Assembly (NCBI GenBank): GCA_001563915.1
Contig: LKMP01000009.1
Location: 1-36,034, forward strand
From: Nanohaloarchaea archaeon B1-Br10_U2g21
GTDB taxonomy: Archaea; Nanohalarchaeota; Nanosalinia; Nanosalinales; Nanosalinaceae
Reading direction: 5' to 3'
Length of the DNA: 36,034 nucleotides
Under the pieces are notes generated by a model. It was not told the origin of the DNA and did not search any database. It was given only the letters and a program-made list of their open reading frames with translations. Positions within the stretch are counted from its first letter, which is position 1. Every line of letters begins with the position of its first letter. The position numbers were made by a program, and so were the translations under genes. Positions 8,969 through 16,392 of the stretch are shown here, piece after piece.

Positions 8969-9190
8969 ATGTCTCAAGAAATGAATTCACAGCAAATCTT
9001 GCAGATTATGCAACAGAAGCTCGGTAACCTTGAGCTGACTGTACAAGCACTTCTAACGATTCTACAGGAAGAAGGAATCGTAGACCAAGATGAGCTTAAC
9101 GAAAAAGCTCAGGAAATTGTCGAAGAAATGCAGCAACAGCAGCAGGAAATGGCAGAAGAAATGGGAGATCTAGAAGACGAACTAGAATAG
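8969..9190 (+). CDS. Small acidic helical hypothetical protein
   Basis: SD AAGGTG upstream; E/Q-rich codon usage typical of the genome. Confidence 0.75.
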   Translation: MSQEMNSQQILQIMQQKLGNLELTVQALLTILQEEGIVDQDELNEKAQEIVEEMQQQQQEMAEEMGDLEDELE

Positions 9191-9235
9191 ATTCTCTTTC
9201 TTCTCTGAGCAAAGCAAACCAAAAACATATTTTCC

Positions 9236-9898
9236 TTATTTTTCCTTAAACTCAAGATGAGATTCGCAAAGATCAGATAAAGGACCCTCCTTACACTTCG
9301 GATGACGAGCTTTGCAATATTTTCGACCGTACTCAATCAGCAAACGATGAAACTCGTACTTAATATCATCAGGTACTTCTTCATCAAGCAACTTGTGAGC
9401 CTTCTTACGCGAAGTATCTTCAGGAATTAAACCCAGCCTCTTTGAAACCCTATGAACATGCGTATCAACAGGCATAACAGGCCTATCAAAATGAAAACAC
9501 AGAATAATAGCCGCAGTCTTGGGGCCTATACCCGGAATATCTTCAAGCCAAGCTTTTGCATCTTCTACATCCATATCATTTAGAAAATCCAGACTATATT
9601 CTCCGACCTCTTCGCGAGTAATCCTTAGCGATTCCTGTATCCTTTCAGCCTTTGTAGGCCCAAGACCCGCAATTCTTATAGTATCTATTAATTCTTCTCT
9701 ATCAGCATTCTCAACATCTGTCCAAGAATCATACTTTTCTTTCAGTTTTTTGAATGCCTTATCACGATTGATATCATTAGTGTTCTGAGAAAGTATAGTC
9801 TCTACAAGATAATCTATTCCAGACTGATCTTCAGGCCTTGGAGCCTCACCAAAATAGTCCTTCAATCTTGAATTTATTTCTCGTATTTCTTTTTCCAT
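9236..9898 (-). CDS. nth: Endonuclease III (HhH-GPD DNA glycosylase)
   Basis: ILSQNT, HhH IPGIGPKTA, PVDTHVHRV and a C-terminal Fe-S-type motif. Confidence 0.93.
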   Translation of the reverse strand: MEKEIREINSRLKDYFGEAPRPEDQSGIDYLVETILSQNTNDINRDKAFKKLKEKYDSWTDVENADREELIDTIRIAGLGPTKAERIQESLRITREEVGEYSLDFLNDMDVEDAKAWLEDIPGIGPKTAAIILCFHFDRPVMPVDTHVHRVSKRLGLIPEDTSRKKAHKLLDEEVPDDIKYEFHRLLIEYGRKYCKARHPKCKEGPLSDLCESHLEFKEK

Positions 9899-9910
9899 TA
9901 TTACATTGCA

Positions 9911-10792
9911 CTAGTTCCCAGAGCTTTTTAACCTCTGAACCTGATAAAAGTTCTCTCTAGGCGATTTCAACGGATCAAATCCTCCAAGATACTCGCCATC
10001 AAATCTTTTGCAGATTTCTCTATCCCCTAACACATAATAATACTCTAGCTTTTTCACCTGATTTTCAACCTTTTTCAAGTGCTGCTCTATCTGTTCCTTT
10101 CTCTTTCTCTCAAAACGACCTTGTGAAAACCCTCCTTTTCCATGTTTTCTATCTACTCTATCTCTAATTTTCTCTAACTCCTGAAGTTCACCATCTTCCT
10201 CCATTACCACACGCGAATCTCCTCGAGAAACCTGAACCCAAGTTTTTTTCTTATCGAAGAACTTCAATATCCCTCCAGTTTTGAAGCTAGTGCTTACAGA
10301 AAACATTTCAGAGAAAAATGGTCTAGCTCTGAAACAATAAGCACCCAAATCTTCATCATAGAATAATAAAATGCCTTCTTTCCCCGAAAGTTGTTCAAAA
10401 AGATTTTTAGGAACAGAATTTTTGATTTCTGTTACGTTCGAATGATCTCTCAGCTTTTTGGGACTATAAACCGTAACTAAATTTTTTCCTTCTATCATTC
10501 CAAGCTTTTTCAAAGAGTTCTTAAGAGCATTAGGAGTTATAGATTCAAAATCCGAGGTTTTTTCAGATTTAGTTCTAGAATTCCGATCTTCCAAGCTTTG
10601 GACCTTATCTCTGAGTTTATTGATTTTTTTCTCCGCATCCTGTTTTTTATGAGAAAGCTCGCTTCTACGCTTCTTTTCTGCTTCAAGCTTTTTCTGAGTT
10701 TTTTCTAGTTTCTCCTCTATGTTCAACAAGTCTGTTTCAAGACTGTCTATTTGCTCGTTTAGTCTCCGGTTTTTTGTCCACGGCAGCTCCAT
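9911..10792 (-). CDS. aVLRF1 (Vms1/ANKZF1-like release-factor family) protein with N-terminal coiled coil
   Basis: KHGKGGFSQGRFERKR catalytic loop typical of the VLRF1 clade; long N-terminal coiled coil. Confidence 0.85.
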   Translation of the reverse strand: MELPWTKNRRLNEQIDSLETDLLNIEEKLEKTQKKLEAEKKRRSELSHKKQDAEKKINKLRDKVQSLEDRNSRTKSEKTSDFESITPNALKNSLKKLGMIEGKNLVTVYSPKKLRDHSNVTEIKNSVPKNLFEQLSGKEGILLFYDEDLGAYCFRARPFFSEMFSVSTSFKTGGILKFFDKKKTWVQVSRGDSRVVMEEDGELQELEKIRDRVDRKHGKGGFSQGRFERKRKEQIEQHLKKVENQVKKLEYYYVLGDREICKRFDGEYLGGFDPLKSPRENFYQVQRLKSSGN

Positions 10793-10874
10793 AATCTTAG
10801 TATACTGCTAAGATTTTGTATGGTTTTGGGCAATGCTTTTAAGTTTCTCTGATTGACGGTTTTGTAGTGGTAAA

Positions 10875-11171
10875 ATGTCAGAACTGACAGTAGAGGAACT
10901 ATCTCCTGAAGATGACGATGTCGAAATAACAGGAAAAATCGCAGAACTCCCAATCCCTAGAGCAGTATCTACTCGATATGGACAGAAAAGAATTGTTACT
11001 GTAGTCTTTGAAGACGATACAGGACAAATAGATCTAACTCTATGGGAAGAAGAGATTGATGCGATTGAAGAAGGAGCCAACGTCCAAATTACAGGCGCTT
11101 ATGTCCGAGAATGGGCAGATGATATCCAGCTCAACATAGGCCGCGATGGAGAAATTGAGCAGGTCGAGTGA
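10875..11171 (+). CDS. Single OB-fold ssDNA-binding protein (SSB/RPA)
   Basis: EDDTGQIDLTLWEE..GA.V.I.GAYV.....QLNIGR.G.I. Confidence 0.9.
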   Translation: MSELTVEELSPEDDDVEITGKIAELPIPRAVSTRYGQKRIVTVVFEDDTGQIDLTLWEEEIDAIEEGANVQITGAYVREWADDIQLNIGRDGEIEQVE

Positions 11172-11255
11172 AAAAACTCTGACCTACCAATAATCATTTC
11201 TAACCCTTCCCTTTTCACCATTTCCTATTAAAATTCTCATCCAACTCTTTTTCTT

Positions 11256-12332
11256 ATGAGCATAGAAGACAAAATCAAGAGCGTAGAGGAGAAATTAGAA
11301 AAAACTCCTGTGAACAAGGCTACAGAAAAAGAGAGAGGGAGACTTAAATCACGCATAGCCGAGCTTAAAGAACAGAAACAGAAAAAAGCAAAAGGAACCG
11401 GCGACACATCAGGATATGCAGTGGAAAAAAAGGGAGATGCTACTGTCGCACTTGTAGGTTTCCCTTCAGTAGGAAAATCTTCGCTTCTAAATGAACTAAC
11501 GAATGCAGATTCAGAAACTGGAGAATACGAATTTACAACTCTCGATGTAGAACCTGGCATGATGAAGCACAAAGGCGCAAATATACAGATACTTGATGTG
11601 CCCGGACTCATAGGCGGTGCCGCAGATGGACGAGGAGGAGGAAAACAAGTTCTTAGTGTGGTACGGAACGCAGATCTCATACTTTTCTTGCTTGATCCAG
11701 AGGAAATGAGAGAGGAAGAAATTAAGAAAGAAGTATATGAAGTAGGCATCAGGACAAATGAAAGCCCTCCCGATATCAAAGTTGAGAAAAAAGGGCGTGG
11801 AGGACTAGATATACATGCAACAGTAGATTTAGACATTGAAAAAGACACTATAGAAGCTCTAATGCAGGAAAAGGGATTTGTGAATGCAAAAGTTACAGTA
11901 CGAGAAAAAGTCAACCTTGATCGATTTATAGACGGTTTGATGGCTAACCGAAAGTACGTACCTGCAGTCACAGTTGTGAATAAAGCCGACACGATAGATG
12001 ACAGAAACAAGTTCCAAGACCATGATTTAATGATTTCGGCAGAGACAGGAGAAGGCTTAGAAGATCTTAAAGACCTCATCTTTGAAGGCTTAAGCATGAT
12101 AAGAGTCTACATGAAAGAGCGTGGAAAAGATCCTGATATGGAAGAACCTCTAATTCTAGAAGAGAACTCCACAGTAGAAGATGCATTAAATGAGTTACCC
12201 GGAGATATGAAAGATAGGTTCAAGAAGGCGAAAGTTACAGGCAGCAGCTCCAAGTTCCCTGGTCAAAAGGTAGGTCTTGACCATACGCTTGAAGACGAAG
12301 ATGTACTAGAGCTAAACTTAAGACATATCTAA
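11256..12332 (+). CDS. drg: DRG-family GTPase with TGS domain
   Basis: NKATE, GFPSVGKS, YEFTTL, DVPG, NKAD and C-terminal GQKVGLDHTLEDED. Confidence 0.96.
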   Translation: MSIEDKIKSVEEKLEKTPVNKATEKERGRLKSRIAELKEQKQKKAKGTGDTSGYAVEKKGDATVALVGFPSVGKSSLLNELTNADSETGEYEFTTLDVEPGMMKHKGANIQILDVPGLIGGAADGRGGGKQVLSVVRNADLILFLLDPEEMREEEIKKEVYEVGIRTNESPPDIKVEKKGRGGLDIHATVDLDIEKDTIEALMQEKGFVNAKVTVREKVNLDRFIDGLMANRKYVPAVTVVNKADTIDDRNKFQDHDLMISAETGEGLEDLKDLIFEGLSMIRVYMKERGKDPDMEEPLILEENSTVEDALNELPGDMKDRFKKAKVTGSSSKFPGQKVGLDHTLEDEDVLELNLRHI

Positions 12333-12426
12333 GATACTATCTTAGAAACCTTCGTTAACAGTTCTAAACAGTTAGCGCCTTTTAAACGGATTTGATTTAT
12401 AAGATTTCACGTCAGTTTTCTATACA

Positions 12427-12528
12427 ATGAGAGCCGATTTCATGGACGAAGCCGGCCAACATATTCCGGCAGAGTTCGAAAAAAAGGGGCTTATCTCCCG
12501 ATGGCTGAATAAGATCAAACAGGCCTAA
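12427..12528 (+). CDS. Putative 33-aa small protein MRADFMDEAGQHIPAEFEKKGLISRWLNKIKQA (not in the ORF track)
   Basis: Manual translation. TTTATAAG at 12396 lies 31 nt before the ATG, the same spacing as for tbp and rps10. Confidence 0.5.
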   Translation: MRADFMDEAGQHIPAEFEKKGLISRWLNKIKQA

Positions 12529-12641
12529 AAACCTCAATTTAACAGGCCTAAACCACATATCTTTCCCTCTTTATTTTAACAGTAGAGATAATACCGAATT
12601 TTAGTTAAGAAAATTATAGAAACGAAGAGAAAAATGGGAAT

Positions 12642-13016
12642 TTATTCAACTAGCTTGGCGTTTACCAGTCCTTCCTGTCCAGGTCTAGAAGTAACTCTTG
12701 CTTTACCTTCAGGAGTGTTAATGATAGTGCCTTTTGTTAGAATAGATCGTCTTACATAGTTAGGATTTGCAGGATTCTCTTCTACCGACTCAATCTCTAC
12801 CTGCTTAACTTCTCCATCTACTGCAAGGTTAACTGCCTCTGACCGCTTAGCCACTGCCTTGTTGTTTCCTCCTCTAGTCTTCTTTACCTTTACTTTGTGT
12901 TCTCCTACTTCAGGTTCAGAAAACTCAGATCCTAAGTCATATTTCCGAGACTTCCTGTACCTTCTGGTTCTACCGCCAGTATTCTTAGTCTTTGATCTGT
13001 TGTGCCATACAGCCAT
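12642..13016 (-). CDS. rps8e: 30S ribosomal protein S8e
   Basis: RSK...TGG, RGGN.K, NPANPNYVRR.ILTKG and VTSRPGQEG. Confidence 0.98.
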   Translation of the reverse strand: MAVWHNRSKTKNTGGRTRRYRKSRKYDLGSEFSEPEVGEHKVKVKKTRGGNNKAVAKRSEAVNLAVDGEVKQVEIESVEENPANPNYVRRSILTKGTIINTPEGKARVTSRPGQEGLVNAKLVE

Positions 13017-13038
13017 ACTGTTATGTCCGTCCTAAAAA

Positions 13039-13122
13039 GTTATAAAGAGTCCGTAGACAAGTCTTTCAGACCGTTCTAACTAGCTTTATATAAGTTGGCG
13101 ACTGATTTCTGGACATAAGGTG
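13039..13122. promoter_or_regulatory. Divergent rps8e / lsm promoters
   Basis: Minus-strand TTTATAAC (13046-13039, 30 nt from the rps8e ATG); plus-strand TTTATATA (13085) and SD AAGGTG before lsm. Confidence 0.55.
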
Positions 13123-13130
13123 CAGTATTT

Positions 13131-13367
13131 ATGTCCAACAACGGAAGGAGACCATTCGACGTACTAGACGGATCAAAGGGCGGAAACGTGCTCGTAAAAC
13201 TCAAAGGATATGCAGGAAACACAACAGTCTCCGGCGAACTACAAGCATTCGATAAACACCTCAATGTGTGGCTCGAAAATGCTTCAGTAAAAACTGAAGA
13301 TGGAACCACTCAGTATGGGAAACTATTCCTTAGAGGAGACAACGTCCTATTCGTCAGTCCAGAATAA
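13131..13367 (+). CDS. lsm: Sm-like archaeal protein (Lsm/SmAP1)
   Basis: Sm1 GELQAFDKHLNVWL and Sm2 LRGDNV; conserved linkage to rpl37e. Confidence 0.93.
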   Translation: MSNNGRRPFDVLDGSKGGNVLVKLKGYAGNTTVSGELQAFDKHLNVWLENASVKTEDGTTQYGKLFLRGDNVLFVSPE

Positions 13368-13380
13368 AAAGTGATTCAAA

Positions 13381-13542
13381 ATGGCATTAAACAAAGGAAA
13401 AAGAAACAAGAAAACCCACGGCAAATGCCGCAGATGCGGAAAAAAGGCCTACCACCTTCGTAAAAAGGTGTGTGCAGCTTGCGGGTTTGGAAAGACAGAA
13501 AAAAGAACAGATTTTCAGAAAGACAAGCCTAGAAAGGACTAG
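13381..13542 (+). CDS. rpl37e: 50S ribosomal protein L37e (53 aa, missed by the ORF track)
   Basis: Manual translation [38 protein letters not shown]...; CRRCG...CAACGFG zinc motif. Confidence 0.95.
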   Translation: MALNKGKRNKKTHGKCRRCGKKAYHLRKKVCAACGFGKTEKRTDFQKDKPRKD

Positions 13543-13545
13543 AAC

Positions 13546-13761
13546 ATGGATTTCAAAAAAATTGTTCTCTCTGAAATTGGAGATTACCTTCTAGAGGAAC
13601 CCAGTCAAATGAAATGGACTGAAAAAGGTCTAGAGCTGAGGAATCCTTACGTAATCAACGAAGATGGCTTTGCACAACAAATTAAAGCTGAAAAACTTTT
13701 GATTACGCCCCATGTAGTCCAAGGTATTCAAGAAGGAGAGTTTGAAGAAGAGACAGTATAA
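13546..13761 (+). CDS. Small acidic hypothetical protein
   Basis: Starts 3 nt after the rpl37e stop; genome-typical composition. Confidence 0.7.
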   Translation: MDFKKIVLSEIGDYLLEEPSQMKWTEKGLELRNPYVINEDGFAQQIKAEKLLITPHVVQGIQEGEFEEETV

Positions 13762-13791
13762 AAGTTATCTCATTTAAGATTTACTAACTAT

Positions 13792-13865
13792 GGGCCCGTA
13801 GCTCAGTCTGGCAGAGCAACGGCCTTTTAAGCCGTGAGTCGCGGGTTCAAATCCCGTCGGGCCCA
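13792..13865 (+). tRNA. tRNA-Lys (anticodon TTT), no intron, CCA not encoded
   Basis: GGGCCCG/CGGGCCC acceptor stem, ACGGC-CTTTTAA-GCCGT anticodon arm and TTCAAAT T-loop. Confidence 0.97.
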
Positions 13866-13946
13866 TATCTAAAATTTTATTCTACTGAGCATCTATCCGC
13901 TTTAGTCAACCAAAGGAAACAAAACCTAATCTGTCAAACATTATTC

Positions 13947-14819
13947 ATGAAGATTTACGTGACCGGAGGCACAGGTTTTGTTGGGAGTCATTTAGCGCAT
14001 AAATTAGTATGGGCGGGCCATGATGTTACTCTTGGAGGCTTAAACCCTGAGAGAACTCCGATTGATTTACCTGAAAATACTAGAGTTGAACAAATTGATA
14101 TCACCGACCCCGAAACTTTGGACTTCTCCAGTCATGATGCAGTAATTCATCTAGTAGGACTTTCTCCACTTTTCAAACCTCGTATTTCTTATCATAGCGT
14201 TCATGTTGAAGGGACTGTAAATGTTATGGATGCCTGTAAAGAAGCGGATATTGAAAGCTACATCCATATGAGTGCGTTAGGAGCGAGTCCAAAAGAAGAT
14301 ACTGAATATCTGAGAAGTAAAGGGGAAGCTGAGATCCTGGTAAAAAACAGTGAACTAAACTGGACTATTGTCAGGCCATCAGTAATTTTTGGTAAAGGCG
14401 GACAGTTTCTAAGCTTTACAGAATCTTTGCTCACGCCTTTTATAACTGGGCTCCCTAATGGCGGGAAAAATAAATTCCAGCCTTTATATGTGGAAGACAT
14501 TAGCGATTTGTTTGTTGAAATAGTAGAAGACAAAAAACACGCAGGCAAAGTCTACAATTTCGGAGGACCTGAAATTTACTCTTTGCATGATATTGCTAAG
14601 CTGATTGAAAAATCAAAAGGCCGATCTTTGAAAGTTTTAACAATACCTATGCCTTTAACCAAAGTTGCAATGACTGTAAGCGATAGATTAGGTCTTAAAT
14701 TTGGATTAGACCAGTACAGGTCGCTGAAAAAAGATAATGTCACAGAAGAAAATAGTATTACTCAATTCAAAAAGCCAATTAATGAAATGAAAACTCTTCC
14801 CGAATATCTAGGATTATGA
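13947..14819 (+). CDS. NAD(P)-binding atypical SDR (NDUFA9-like / epimerase family)
   Basis: VTGGTGFVG, HMSALGA, YLRSK and RPSVIFG. Confidence 0.9.
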   Translation: MKIYVTGGTGFVGSHLAHKLVWAGHDVTLGGLNPERTPIDLPENTRVEQIDITDPETLDFSSHDAVIHLVGLSPLFKPRISYHSVHVEGTVNVMDACKEADIESYIHMSALGASPKEDTEYLRSKGEAEILVKNSELNWTIVRPSVIFGKGGQFLSFTESLLTPFITGLPNGGKNKFQPLYVEDISDLFVEIVEDKKHAGKVYNFGGPEIYSLHDIAKLIEKSKGRSLKVLTIPMPLTKVAMTVSDRLGLKFGLDQYRSLKKDNVTEENSITQFKKPINEMKTLPEYLGL

Positions 14820-15298
14820 TTAATCTCTTCCTAATCGCAGCGTTTTCTCTTATGATACTTGGAATATTAGGAAGTTTGCATCCAGGACTTCCCGGACCAT
14901 TACTCTCTATCTCTGGAGTAATAATCTATTGGTGGAGTACAAACTACACGACACCCGGACCCATATTTTTCACCGTTATGTTTTTCACAGGTATTTTGGC
15001 CATAGTTCTAGACTATTTAGCAAGTTATTATGGTGCTGAACGTGGAGGTGCGTCAAAGAAAACTATTTACATGGCGGTAATCGCATCTCTTGTTTTTTTC
15101 TTAGTTACAGGACCTCTAGGAATCATAATAGGTACTGCTGGAACAGTACTTCTTCGAGAAATGATGTTGGGTAAAGAATTCGAAGAAGCATTCAACGCTG
15201 CTTTAATGACAACTTTGGCTTTACTAGGCTCAGTAGCTGCGAAAGTAGGACTCACCACGATAATCCTAATACTTTTCGTAATTTCTCTAATCTTCTAG
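14816..15298 (+). CDS. DUF456-like membrane protein
   Basis: P.LPG, DYLA..YGA..GGAS and GPLG..IG motifs; multiple TM helices; ATGA overlap. Confidence 0.8.
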   Translation: MINLFLIAAFSLMILGILGSLHPGLPGPLLSISGVIIYWWSTNYTTPGPIFFTVMFFTGILAIVLDYLASYYGAERGGASKKTIYMAVIASLVFFLVTGPLGIIIGTAGTVLLREMMLGKEFEEAFNAALMTTLALLGSVAAKVGLTTIILILFVISLIF

Positions 15299-15336
15299 GC
15301 CCTTAAACCTAAAAATATCGATTATCTCTATAATTT

Positions 15337-15822
15337 ATGGATTTAGACAATCCTGAAAATTTTGATTTTGAAGCTAACCTATGCTACATCCTTGAGGACA
15401 ATGAAGTTTTACTTATTAAGAAGAAGCGTGATCATGGCAAAGGTCTTTATAATGGACCTGGAGGAAAGATTGAGAATAATGAAACTCCAAGAGAGTCTGT
15501 AGTTAGAGAGGTAAAGGAAGAGACCTGTGTGACGCCTCTCAAACTAGAAAAAGTTGCTGAAATCGGTTTTTATTTTGGAGAAAATGCGTTTATGTACGTT
15601 CACGTCTATAAAACTGATCAGTATAGCGGCGAAGCTCATGAGACTGATGAAGCTAGACCCAAATGGTTCAATATAGAAAATATTCCTTATGGCGAAATGT
15701 GGCCCGATGATAGCTACTGGATGCCAGAGATGTTTGATGGAAAAACGTTCAAATCCGAATTTAAGCTAGATGAAGATGGTAAAGAAGTTCTGAACTACAA
15801 GCTAGAAGAAGAAAAGTTCTAG
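15337..15822 (+). CDS. NUDIX 8-oxo-dGTP diphosphatase (MTH1-like)
   Basis: LLIKKKR..G...NGPGGK, REVKEET and IPY..MWPDD..W. Confidence 0.9.
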   Translation: MDLDNPENFDFEANLCYILEDNEVLLIKKKRDHGKGLYNGPGGKIENNETPRESVVREVKEETCVTPLKLEKVAEIGFYFGENAFMYVHVYKTDQYSGEAHETDEARPKWFNIENIPYGEMWPDDSYWMPEMFDGKTFKSEFKLDEDGKEVLNYKLEEEKF

Positions 15823-16355
15823 ATGTTTTCAAGTGTTGTAGCCAGACCTTTTCGGTCACCGTAAACAAACTCTTCTGGCTCTTCGATGAAGCTAATTTGC
15901 TCCTTAATATATTCTGTCACATCCCCTACTCTATGTTCCGGAACTACTACTCCCTCAAAATAGTGTATAGGTGCCTGATACAGCTGAATTCTCTGACCTC
16001 TCTGTTCATAATCGTAGATATCTAAAACTTGATCCGATATTTTTACGCCAATATAGTCAGGACTTTCCGCGAACTCTTCAACACCATAATTTGCTGCATC
16101 TCCTGCACTGTATGAAAAACCAGGGCAAAAAACTTCTGACTTATTCATAACCGTCATTCTTCCCGATTTGCCCCAATTGCGAATTATATCTTCTAGCGTA
16201 AAGTTATCTGGATCGATGCCTAAACTTTCTAAGTCTTCACTATTACTGACAGATGAACTTTCATCCCCATTAAACTCAGTTGTAATTACTCGGTATAGAT
16301 AGTCTCCATAATCCTTTTCTTGTATGACGTTAGCTAAGTTCAAGTCTAGAGACAT
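15819..16355 (-). CDS. Hypothetical protein, possible ADP-ribosyltransferase-like fold
   Basis: Acidic 178-aa ORF with LYR / GFSYS / A..YG pattern; the fold call is speculative. Confidence 0.6.
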   Translation of the reverse strand: MSLDLNLANVIQEKDYGDYLYRVITTEFNGDESSSVSNSEDLESLGIDPDNFTLEDIIRNWGKSGRMTVMNKSEVFCPGFSYSAGDAANYGVEEFAESPDYIGVKISDQVLDIYDYEQRGQRIQLYQAPIHYFEGVVVPEHRVGDVTEYIKEQISFIEEPEEFVYGDRKGLATTLENI

Positions 16356-16392
16356 GTGTTGTTATACTGCAGTAACAGTTTTATGGTATAAA

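Noticed and set aside
11237-12097. 286-aa antisense ORF over drg, and similar Ser-rich antisense ORFs over the rpo, EF-2 and EF-1a genes
   Set aside because: Shadow ORFs caused by the GAA/GAT-rich codon bias of the real genes.
12518-12552. CRISPR-like repeat
   Set aside because: Only two 12-nt copies with an 11-nt gap, and no cas genes.
12333-12641. SRP (7S) RNA next to rps8e
   Set aside because: The region is AT-rich and lacks helix 6/8 motifs and terminal pairing.
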